31,999 bases of DNA from an uncultured Myxococcales bacterium (GTDB lineage Bacteria > Myxococcota_A > Polyangia > JAHFDS01). The DNA is taken from the NCBI GenBank assembly GCA_964593795.1, contig CAZQJC010000017.1:81389-113387 (forward strand). The letters run 5' to 3'. Numbering within the stretch: position 1 is the first letter of the stretch; each line of letters opens with the position of its first letter. Below the pieces are notes generated by a model. The model was not told the DNA's origin. It saw nothing but the letters and a program-made list of their open reading frames with translations, and did no database searches. Below, in pieces: positions 18,644 to 26,443 of this stretch. The translations under genes and the position numbers were made by a program.

Positions 18644-20104
18644 ATGCCTGCAGAAGCCTTGATTGTCGCTTACTTGGCGGTGCTCCTGCTGCTCGCGGTC
18701 TACGGGTTCCACAGAAGCCACCTGGTCTACCTGTACTTCCGCCATCGGCGGAACCTCCCGGTCGCGCAGCGCCAGATGTCCGAGGACGAGCTGCCGGTCG
18801 TCACGGTGCAGCTCCCGATGTTCAACGAGATGTACGTCGTCGAGCGGCTCCTCGACGCCGTCGCGAAGATCGACTACCCGCACGACCGCCTCGAGATCCA
18901 GGTCCTCGACGACTCCACCGACGAGACCACCGAGATCGCGCAGCGCAAGATCGCCGCCCTGCGCGCGATCGATCCGACCCTCGACCTCCGGTACCTCCAC
19001 CGCACCGACCGCACCGGCTTCAAGGCGGGCGCGCTCGAGGCCGGCGTCAAGGTCGCGCGCGGCGAGTTCCTGCTCATCTTCGACGCCGACTTCGTGCCGC
19101 AGCCGGACATCGTCCGCCGCACCATCCACCACTTCTCCGATCCCAAGGTCGGCATGGTGCAAGTGCGCTGGGAGCACGTGAACCGCGACTATTCGCGCCT
19201 CACCGAGGTGCAGGCGCTCATGCTCGACGGCCACTTCGTGATCGAGCACGCGGGCCGCGCGCGCGCCGGCCGCTTCTTCAACTTCAACGGCACGGCCGGC
19301 ATCTGGCGCCGGCAGGCCATCACGGACGCGGGCGGCTGGCACCACGAGACGCTGACCGAGGACATGGACCTCAGCTACCGCGCGCAGCTCGCCGGCTGGA
19401 AGTTCGTCTACCTGCCCGACATCGTCGCGCCCGCCGAGCTGCCGATGGAGATGGCCTCGTTCAAGAGCCAGCAGTTCCGCTGGGCCAAGGGCTCGATCCA
19501 GGTGGCCCGCAAGCTCCTACCGCAGATCTTCCGCGCCAAGCTGCCGCTCAAGGTCAAGCTCGAGGCGTTCTTCCACCTGACGAACAACTTCGCGTATCCG
19601 CTGCTGCTCCTCCTGTCGCTGCTGCTCCTGCCGAACCTGCTCGTGCGCACGCGCCACGGCATGCGCGAGGTGCTGCTCATCGACCTGCCCCTCTTCCTGG
19701 GCACGACGCTGTCGATCGCATCCTTCTACATCACCTCGCAGCGCGAGATCCGGCCGCTCGACTGGAAGCGCTCGCTCAAGCGGCTGCCGCTCGTGATGTC
19801 CGTCGGCATCGGCCTCTGCATCAACCAGACGCGCGCGGTGTTCGAGGCGCTGTTCGGCCACGAGAGCGAGTTCGTCCGCACACCCAAGCACGGCGTCCGC
19901 GAGCGCTTCGAGCACTGGACGCAGCGCCGCTACCGCGCCGCCAAGTCGCTCACGCCCTTCGTCGAGCTCGGCCTCGCGCTCTACTTCGTCGTCGCGATCG
20001 GCTTCGCAGCGGTCGGCGGGCACTGGATCTCGGTGCCCTTCCTGCTCCTGTTCCTCGTCGGCTACGCGTACGTGGGCGTGCTGTCCGTCCACCAGCGGCG
20101 GTAG
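18644..20104 (+). CDS. Membrane-embedded family 2 processive glycosyltransferase (CesA/NodC/HAS-like)
   Basis: N-terminal TM, DDSTDET, FDADF, QQFRWAKG (QxxRW), multiple C-terminal TM helices. Confidence 0.8.
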   Translation: MPAEALIVAYLAVLLLLAVYGFHRSHLVYLYFRHRRNLPVAQRQMSEDELPVVTVQLPMFNEMYVVERLLDAVAKIDYPHDRLEIQVLDDSTDETTEIAQRKIAALRAIDPTLDLRYLHRTDRTGFKAGALEAGVKVARGEFLLIFDADFVPQPDIVRRTIHHFSDPKVGMVQVRWEHVNRDYSRLTEVQALMLDGHFVIEHAGRARAGRFFNFNGTAGIWRRQAITDAGGWHHETLTEDMDLSYRAQLAGWKFVYLPDIVAPAELPMEMASFKSQQFRWAKGSIQVARKLLPQIFRAKLPLKVKLEAFFHLTNNFAYPLLLLLSLLLLPNLLVRTRHGMREVLLIDLPLFLGTTLSIASFYITSQREIRPLDWKRSLKRLPLVMSVGIGLCINQTRAVFEALFGHESEFVRTPKHGVRERFEHWTQRRYRAAKSLTPFVELGLALYFVVAIGFAAVGGHWISVPFLLLFLVGYAYVGVLSVHQRR

Positions 20105-20114
20105 CCGGCGCCCG

Positions 20115-20903
20115 TCAGCCCAGCTTGCTCAGGATCTGCTCGCGCCCGAAGAGGGGGCGCGCGACGAGCAGGATGCCGACATCGACGGCGCCTAGCACCA
20201 GCGAGAACGTCACGTAGAAGCTCGGGCCGAGCACGAGCCGGAACGCGGCCTGGCTGGCGATGATGCCGACGATCGGCAGGATGAGCAGCACCGCGGCCTG
20301 CTGCGCCGAGCGCGGGTCGCGCGCGCGCGCCGACACGAGGAGCATGAGGAGGTCCGCCGCCAGCGTCAGCGGCGGCGTCACCACGCCGAGCGCGAGCGGC
20401 CAGCTCGAGCAGATGGCGTTCCACGCGTCCGCGTCCGGGTGCGACACGATGATCATGAACGCGGCCCCGACGGTCGCGGAGCCCACCGTCGCGAGGAGCG
20501 CGGGGATCGTCACCGCCAGCGTCTTGCCGAGGACGAGCTCGCGCACGGTCACCGGCGTCGCGAGGAGCGGCTCGAGCGTCCGCGCGACCTTCTCGCCGAC
20601 GACCGAGTAGCTGGCCAGCACCGACGACAGCATCGTCGGCAGGAGGAGGTAAACCGCCGCGAACTGCGCGACCACGATGCGCGTCGCTGCGGCGGCAGGC
20701 GCCAGGCCCGCCACGTCGAGCCCGGAGAACTTGGCGGCCTGGAGCTGCTCGAGCGCCCGCGGATCGTGCGTGATCGCGGCGGCGACGAAGCCCGGCAGCG
20801 CGGCCAGCAAGATCGGCGGCAGGACGAGGCCCGACAGGAGGCCGGGCCGGCGGGCGAGATCGCGCAGCTCCTTCCTCGTCACGATCCAGACCTTGCCCGT
20901 CAC
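20115..20903 (-). CDS. ABC-2 type transporter permease
   Basis: GTG start overlapping the ATPase stop (GTGA). Six hydrophobic segments. Ends ...GREQILSKLG. Confidence 0.65.
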   Translation of the reverse strand: MTGKVWIVTRKELRDLARRPGLLSGLVLPPILLAALPGFVAAAITHDPRALEQLQAAKFSGLDVAGLAPAAAATRIVVAQFAAVYLLLPTMLSSVLASYSVVGEKVARTLEPLLATPVTVRELVLGKTLAVTIPALLATVGSATVGAAFMIIVSHPDADAWNAICSSWPLALGVVTPPLTLAADLLMLLVSARARDPRSAQQAAVLLILPIVGIIASQAAFRLVLGPSFYVTFSLVLGAVDVGILLVARPLFGREQILSKLG

Positions 20904-21826
20904 GACGCGTCCCCTCCCGTGGCGTCCCCGCCCGCGTGACCCACGAGGCGGAAGTACAGCTCCTCCACCTTGGGCGTCGCGCGGCCGAGCTCGAGGATGC
21001 GCGCCCCCGCGCCGACCAGCGCCGCCACGAGCGCCGGGTGCACGCGCGCCTCGTCGTCGACGTGCACCTCGAGGCGGCCACCCTCGGCGCGGACGTCTCG
21101 CACGCCCGGCACCGCACGCGCGCACGCCTCGAAGCTCCGCGCGTCGCCGTCGACACGCACGAGCGACGGCGGCCGCGCCTCCAGCTCCGCCGTCCCGAGG
21201 AGCCGCCCACGGATCACGAACACACGACGGCACAGGCGCGCCGCCTCGTCGAGGTTGTGCGTGCAGAGCAGGATGGTGCGCCCCTTGGCGGCCTCCGCGG
21301 CCACCAGCGCGCGCACGGCCCTGGCCGCCTCCGGGTCGAGCCCGCTCGTCGGCTCGTCGAGGAACAGCACCTCCGGCTCGTGCAGCAGCGCCCGGGCGAG
21401 GGCGACCTTCTGGCGCATGCCCTTCGAGAACCCGCCCACCCGATCGCTCGCGCGGTCGCCGAGGCCGAAGTCCCCGAGGAGCGCGTCGATCCGGCTCCTG
21501 GCCCGGGCGGACGGCAGGCCGTAGAGGGCGGCGAAATACGCGAGGTTCTCGACCGGCGTGAGGTGGTCGTAGAGGCCGGGGGTCTCGGTCAGGAACCCGA
21601 CCCGCGCCCGGATCTGGTCGTTGTCCCGGCCCACGCGCAGCCCGCCGACCTCGGCCTCGCCCTCGCTCGGCGCGATGAGGCCCCCGAGCATGCGCACCGT
21701 GGTGGTCTTGCCGGCTCCGTTCGGCCCGAGCAGCCCCACGACCTCCCCGTCCCCTGCCTGCAGGTCGAGGTCGGCGATGGCGACGCGAGATCCGAACCGC
21801 TTGCCCAGCCCACGCGCCCGGATCAC
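20900..21826 (-). CDS. ABC transporter ATP-binding protein (ABC-2 exporter ATPase)
   Basis: GPNGAGKTT Walker A, LSGGMRQK-like signature FSKGMRQKVALARAL, Walker B LFLDEPTSGLD, H-loop CTHNL. Confidence 0.85.
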   Translation of the reverse strand: MIRARGLGKRFGSRVAIADLDLQAGDGEVVGLLGPNGAGKTTTVRMLGGLIAPSEGEAEVGGLRVGRDNDQIRARVGFLTETPGLYDHLTPVENLAYFAALYGLPSARARSRIDALLGDFGLGDRASDRVGGFSKGMRQKVALARALLHEPEVLFLDEPTSGLDPEAARAVRALVAAEAAKGRTILLCTHNLDEAARLCRRVFVIRGRLLGTAELEARPPSLVRVDGDARSFEACARAVPGVRDVRAEGGRLEVHVDDEARVHPALVAALVGAGARILELGRATPKVEELYFRLVGHAGGDATGGDAS

Positions 21827-21869
21827 CGGAGGATCGTACCAGGGCGCCGGCGGCGCCGCGAATCGCCGC

Positions 21870-22071
21870 CTAGTACCTCGCCACAGTGAAGATGATGGCT
21901 TCGAGCTCTGGAGGAACGCTGTGGCGAGGTACTACGTGGCGGGCCGCCGGGCCGCCCCAAGGCACGCCACAGGGACCCGCGCAGCCCGGAGGGCGGAGCG
22001 GGAGAAAACAGCTAGTACCTCGCCCCGCCACCTCCCACCAGCCGATCAAGACCCCTGTGGCGAGGTACTAG
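21870..22071. mobile_element. MITE-like non-autonomous element / structured repeat with perfect 17-bp terminal inverted repeats
   Basis: CTAGTACCTCGCCACAG at 21870..21886 and its exact reverse complement CTGTGGCGAGGTACTAG at 22055..22071. An internal second copy of each end lies at 21919..21934 and 22012..22024. The 8-mer CTGTGGCG/CGCCACAG occurs 6 times as three inverted pairs. The element is flanked by CTAG. No coding capacity. Confidence 0.5.
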
Positions 22072-22700
22072 GCCCAGAGGTCGGCGAACACCTCGAGGAA
22101 CGCCGGCTCGACCAGCGCCCGGACGTCGGCCATCGCGATCTCCCGGCCGGCCTCGACCGAGAGCGAGGTCATGACGCCCGCGGCGAAGCCGCACGGGTTG
22201 ATCGCGCGGAACTTCTCGAGGTCGGTGCTGACGTTCAGCGCGAAGCCGTGCAGGGTCACCCACTTGCGCACGGCCACGCCGATCGAGGCGAGCTTGCGCC
22301 GGCCGTCCACCCAGGTGCCGGTCTTGCCCTCGGCGCGCCCCGAGGGCACGCCCAGCCGCGCCGCTACCGCGATGAGCACCTCCTCCAGGTCACGGAGGTA
22401 GCGGTGCAGGTCGCGGCGCGGGCCGTCGAGCCGGAGGATGGGATAGCCGACGAGCTGGCCCGGGCCGTGGTACGTGACGTCGCCCCCGCGCTCGACCTCG
22501 AAGATCGGGATATCGCCCGGTGCGAGGACGTTGGCCACCGAGCCGAGCCGCCGTCCCAGCGTGATGACGTCGGGGTGCTCGCAGAGCAGGAGGGTGTCCG
22601 GGGCGGTTCCTGCGATCCGGGCCTGCAGGATCTCCTTCTGGAGGGCCCAGGCGGCGCCGTATTCGACCCTGCCAACCCAGCGGATCTCCGGGTGCCCCAC
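22068..22700 (-). CDS. lipB: Lipoyl(octanoyl) transferase LipB
   Basis: GTG start. EHPDVITLGRR, HGPGQLVGYPIL, RKLASIGVAVRKWVTLHGFALNV, the characteristic LipB motifs. 210 aa. Confidence 0.85.
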   Translation of the reverse strand: MGHPEIRWVGRVEYGAAWALQKEILQARIAGTAPDTLLLCEHPDVITLGRRLGSVANVLAPGDIPIFEVERGGDVTYHGPGQLVGYPILRLDGPRRDLHRYLRDLEEVLIAVAARLGVPSGRAEGKTGTWVDGRRKLASIGVAVRKWVTLHGFALNVSTDLEKFRAINPCGFAAGVMTSLSVEAGREIAMADVRALVEPAFLEVFADLWA

Positions 22701-22730
22701 GAAAAAAGACTAGCATGGTCGGCAATTTCT

Positions 22731-22791
22731 GCACCGCGTCATTAGATTTAACGCAGACGACGTTGACGCGGTGCGTTGTCGTGGCTAGCCT
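22731..22791 (+). promoter_or_regulatory. Sigma70-like promoter (TTGACG-17-TAGCCT) overlapped by an 11-bp inverted repeat operator, followed by AGGAGG RBS
   Basis: GCACCGCGTCA (22731..22741) N22 TGACGCGGTGC (22764..22774). -35 TTGACG at 22763..22768, -10 TAGCCT at 22786..22791, SD AGGAGG at 22802..22807, ATG at 22816. Confidence 0.4.
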
Positions 22792-22815
22792 TCAGTTGTC
22801 AGGAGGTATGACCAC

Positions 22816-23511
22816 ATGCTGAAGCACCTTCCTCGAAGGTTTCTCGTGCTCGCCGTCATGGCGGCCGCCCCGGCCTGCTACTACGACGCCAGCACCGGCG
22901 CGGATCGTCCTGCGGACGACTACCCGCTGCCCCCCGACGGGGCGTCCGAGCTCCCCGACTGGCCGGATCCGACGGCCCGCCGGGAGTTGCTCATCAATTC
23001 AGAGGCTTCCAGCCTCCGGCTGACGGTGGCCGATCTCGTCGGGCATACGGAGACCCCGAGCAGCCTGCCGGTCCTGGGCGGCGTGCTGGGCTTCTCTCCC
23101 GACGAGAGCGGGGCGCTGGCCCTCGACGAGATCCAGGTGGTGCTCGGGGACGTCCACGTGCCCACGCAGTCGAGCGGGGACGTGGTGCTGACCGGGATCC
23201 GCCTCGAGTCGGAGCCGGGGCTCGCGTTGCCGGTCGCCTGGCGGGAGCCCGGCCATCAGGGTTTCCTCAAGGCCCCGGTCAAGCTCAGGCTGCTGTGGCA
23301 GGTCATCGGAAACTCCGGTCGGGCCTGGCCGCTCGCGGAGCAGTCCCTCCAGGGAGCGACGCTCTACCTGCACGTCGGCGTCGACTCGAACGGGCGCCTC
23401 CGTGCCGACGTCCTCGGCATCGACACCGGAACGTTCTGGCACTGGGACGGCATCTACGCGCTCAAGGACGCGGTGCTCACCCTGGTCGCACGGGAGCCGG
23501 CGATCGGCTGA
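22816..23511 (+). CDS. Lipoprotein, hypothetical
   Basis: Strong SD. MLKHLPRRFLVLAVMAAAPAC lipobox. No recognisable catalytic motif. Confidence 0.55.
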   Translation: MLKHLPRRFLVLAVMAAAPACYYDASTGADRPADDYPLPPDGASELPDWPDPTARRELLINSEASSLRLTVADLVGHTETPSSLPVLGGVLGFSPDESGALALDEIQVVLGDVHVPTQSSGDVVLTGIRLESEPGLALPVAWREPGHQGFLKAPVKLRLLWQVIGNSGRAWPLAEQSLQGATLYLHVGVDSNGRLRADVLGIDTGTFWHWDGIYALKDAVLTLVAREPAIG

Positions 23512-23720
23512 TCGCGGCGACGGGAATGAACTGACAACCGAGGAGGCGGTCGGCGGGAAATCGCGGTACCGGGGCTCCGCGTAGGGGTCTGTGAGGGAGG
23601 GGGTTGCCCTCGACTGCTCCGGGCGCTCGCGCCCGGAGGCCGGGAAATGCCACGAGGACCACCCGAGGGTGGCCAGCCCGCCGGCCGCCCGCCTCCTCGG
23701 AGGCGGTGCCCCGGCGCCTG

Positions 23721-25127
23721 TCAGCGATTGACGATGTGAACGGCCTCGCCGAGCGCCGCCTTGGCGGCCTCCATGAGGCTCTCGGGCAGGGTCGGGTGCG
23801 GGTGCACGGTGAGCGAGAGGTCGTCGGCGACGGCGCCCATCTCGATCGCGAGCGCCGCCTCGCTGATGAGGTCGGACGCGCCCGCGCCCACGATGTGCAC
23901 GCCGAGCACCACGTGCGGCTCGGCCGCCTCGCAGATCACCTTCACGAAGCCCTCGGAGTCACCGGTCGAGAGCGCGCGACCGCTCGCGACGAACGGGAAC
24001 TTGCCGACCTTGATGTTCTTGCCGGCCGCCTTGGCCTCCACCTCGGTCAGGCCCACCGTCGCGATCTCCGGGTCGGTGAAGATGACGGCCGGGATGCAGC
24101 GCACGTCGTTCGCGGCCTTCTTGCCCGCGATCACCTCGGCCACCACCTCGCCCTCGTGCGTGCCCTTGTGCGCGAGCATCGGGCCCGGCGCGATGTCGCC
24201 GATGGCGTAGATGCCGGGAACGTTCGTGCGGAGCTGCGCGTCGACCACGACGCGGCCCTTGTCGATCTTGACGCCCGCCTCCTCGAGGCCGAAGCCTGTG
24301 AGGTTCGGCCGGCGCCCGACGGTGACGAGCACCTTGTCGGCCTCGAGCTCGCGCTCCGGGCCGTCCTTCGGCTGCACCTTGCAGCCCTTCGGCGTCATGG
24401 CGATCGCCTTGGTCTCGAGCAGCACCTCGACCCCGAGCTTCTTGAGCTTCTTCTCGACGAGCTTGACCATCTCCGGATCGGTGCCGGGCAGGAGCGTCGG
24501 GGTCGCCTCGACCACCGTCACCTTGCTGCCGAGCTTGGCCAGGCACATGCCGAGCTCGAGGCCGATGTAGCCGCCGCCGATGACCGCCAGGCGCGGCGGC
24601 GCCGCGTCGAGCGCGAGCCCGCCCGTCGAGTCGAGGACGCGCTGCTGATCGAACTTGAAGCCGGGGATCTCGATCGGCCGGGAGCCCGTCGCGACGACGA
24701 CGTGATCGCAGAGGTAGCGCACCTCTTCGCCCGCGGTCTTGACGAAGACCTCGCGCTTTTGGCCCTCGAGCTTGCCGATGCGCGCCTCGCCGAGCACGAA
24801 CTCGGAGCCGTTGGCCTTGAGGAGAGACTTCACGCCGCCGGTGAGCTTCTTGACGATGTCGCCCTTCCACGCCTGCAGGCGCTTCATGTCGATGCGCGGG
24901 TTGTCGGCGTAAAGGCCCATCTCCTCGCCAGAGCGCATCTTCTCGAAGTTCTTCGCCGCGGTGATGAGCGCCTTGGACGGGATGCAACCCACGTTCAGGC
25001 ACACGCCGCCCGCGTACTCCTTGTCCACGACGACGGTCTTGACGCCGAGCTGGCCGAGGCGGATGCCCGCGGGGTATCCGGCCGGGCCGGCACCGATGAC
25101 GAGGGCGCTGATCTCTACGGTCTTCAT
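23721..25127 (-). CDS. lpdA: Dihydrolipoyl dehydrogenase (E3)
   Basis: MKTVEISALVIGAGPAGY (FAD GxGxxG), GGVCLNVGCIPSK redox-active disulfide, NAD-binding VIGGGYIGLE, C-terminal dimerisation HPHPTLPE. Confidence 0.9.
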   Translation of the reverse strand: MKTVEISALVIGAGPAGYPAGIRLGQLGVKTVVVDKEYAGGVCLNVGCIPSKALITAAKNFEKMRSGEEMGLYADNPRIDMKRLQAWKGDIVKKLTGGVKSLLKANGSEFVLGEARIGKLEGQKREVFVKTAGEEVRYLCDHVVVATGSRPIEIPGFKFDQQRVLDSTGGLALDAAPPRLAVIGGGYIGLELGMCLAKLGSKVTVVEATPTLLPGTDPEMVKLVEKKLKKLGVEVLLETKAIAMTPKGCKVQPKDGPERELEADKVLVTVGRRPNLTGFGLEEAGVKIDKGRVVVDAQLRTNVPGIYAIGDIAPGPMLAHKGTHEGEVVAEVIAGKKAANDVRCIPAVIFTDPEIATVGLTEVEAKAAGKNIKVGKFPFVASGRALSTGDSEGFVKVICEAAEPHVVLGVHIVGAGASDLISEAALAIEMGAVADDLSLTVHPHPTLPESLMEAAKAALGEAVHIVNR

Positions 25128-25165
25128 GGAAGCTCCTGCTGGCTGTCTGCGCTGGTGCGCTGTCG

Positions 25166-26443
25166 CTAGCCGCGCGCGCGCGCGGCCTTGAACTCTTCGA
25201 GCTGATCGCGGAGGTGACGGGGCACCGCCTCGTAGACGTCCTCCACCAGGGAGTCGATCGGCGGCGGACCGACCTTCTCCTCGGCCTCGACCGCTGCCTT
25301 GACCTCCGCGTCGAGCGCCGCCGTGAGCGCGGCGTCCTCGGCGTCGGACCAGAAGCCGCGCGACCCGAGGTACGCGCGCATCCGGACGAGCGGGTCCCGC
25401 CCCTTCCACGCCTCGGTGATCGTCTCGTCGCGGTAGCGCGACGGATCGTCCGACGAGCTGTGGGCGCTGACGCGATACGTGAGCGCTTCGATGAACGTGG
25501 GGCCGCCACCGGCGCGCGCGCGATCGACCGCACGCTTGACCGCGGCGTACACGGCGAGCACGTCGTTGCCGTCGATGCGCTGGCTCGGGATGCCGTACGC
25601 GAGGCCCTTGAGCGCGATCGTCTGGGCCGCGGTCTGGCCGCCGACGGGCGTCGAGATGGCCCACTGGTTGTTCTGGCAGATGAACACCACGGGCACCTTG
25701 TAGACGCCGGCGAAGTTCACGCCGACGTGGAAGTCCTCCTCGCTCGTCGCGCCGTCGCCCATGAAGCCGAGCACGACCACCGGGTCCTTGCGGATCTTGG
25801 CGGCCCACGCCATGCCGGTCGCGTGCGGGATCTGCGTGGCCACGCAGCTCGACATCGTCACGTAGTGCGACGCGCGCGAGCCCGGGTGGCAGGGCATCTG
25901 GCGTCCCTTGGAGGGGTCCGACGCGTTGCCGAGGATCTGCGCCACGTACGTGCGCAGCGGCAGTCCGCGGAGGATCGCCGCGCCCGCCTCACGCAGCGCG
26001 GGGACGACCCAGTCGCGCTCCTCGAGCGCGAGCGCCGCGCCGACGACCGTGGCCTCCTGGCCCTTGGCCTCGCCGTAGAAGCCGATGCGCCCTTGCCGCT
26101 GCAGGCCCATGAGGCGCTCGTCCATCACGCGAATGAGCAGCATCCCGCGGTAGAGGGCGAGGAGCTTGTCCTTGGCCAGGTCGGGCAACGCGTCCGGCGC
26201 GCCCACCGTGCCGTCCTCGCGGAGGACCTGGAAGAGCTCGAGGCACGGCCGGATCTCCGCTTCGGTCAGGCCCGGCACGTCGCGCAGGTCCGCCGGCAGG
26301 AACACGGTGGTCGCGCGGCCCGAGGGCTCGCCGTCCTTGTGCGTGCCGTTCCTCGGTGCCGCCTTCCTGGGCGCGGCCTTCGTGGCCTTGCCGGGCTTCT
26401 TCGCCGCGGCCTTGCCGCGACCTGTCGTCGGACGCGGGGGCAT
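25166..26443 (-). CDS. 2-oxo acid dehydrogenase E1 component alpha subunit (TPP-dependent), with Lys/Ala/Pro-rich N-terminal extension
   Basis: LYRGMLLIRVMDERL, GFMGDGATSEEDFHVGVNFAGVYKVPVVFICQNNQWAIST (TPP GDG...N motif). The ATG overlaps the E2 stop (TGATG). ~50-aa KAAAKKPGKATKAAPRKAAP N-terminal tail. Confidence 0.8.
   Translation of the reverse strand: MPPRPTTGRGKAAAKKPGKATKAAPRKAAPRNGTHKDGEPSGRATTVFLPADLRDVPGLTEAEIRPCLELFQVLREDGTVGAPDALPDLAKDKLLALYRGMLLIRVMDERLMGLQRQGRIGFYGEAKGQEATVVGAALALEERDWVVPALREAGAAILRGLPLRTYVAQILGNASDPSKGRQMPCHPGSRASHYVTMSSCVATQIPHATGMAWAAKIRKDPVVVLGFMGDGATSEEDFHVGVNFAGVYKVPVVFICQNNQWAISTPVGGQTAAQTIALKGLAYGIPSQRIDGNDVLAVYAAVKRAVDRARAGGGPTFIEALTYRVSAHSSSDDPSRYRDETITEAWKGRDPLVRMRAYLGSRGFWSDAEDAALTAALDAEVKAAVEAEEKVGPPPIDSLVEDVYEAVPRHLRDQLEEFKAARARG

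Noticed and set aside
21886-22071. 61-aa ORF (MKMMASSSGGTLWRGTTWRAAGPP...) inside the MITE-like element.
   Set aside because: Low complexity. Its apparent repeats just mirror the inverted DNA repeats. No RBS.
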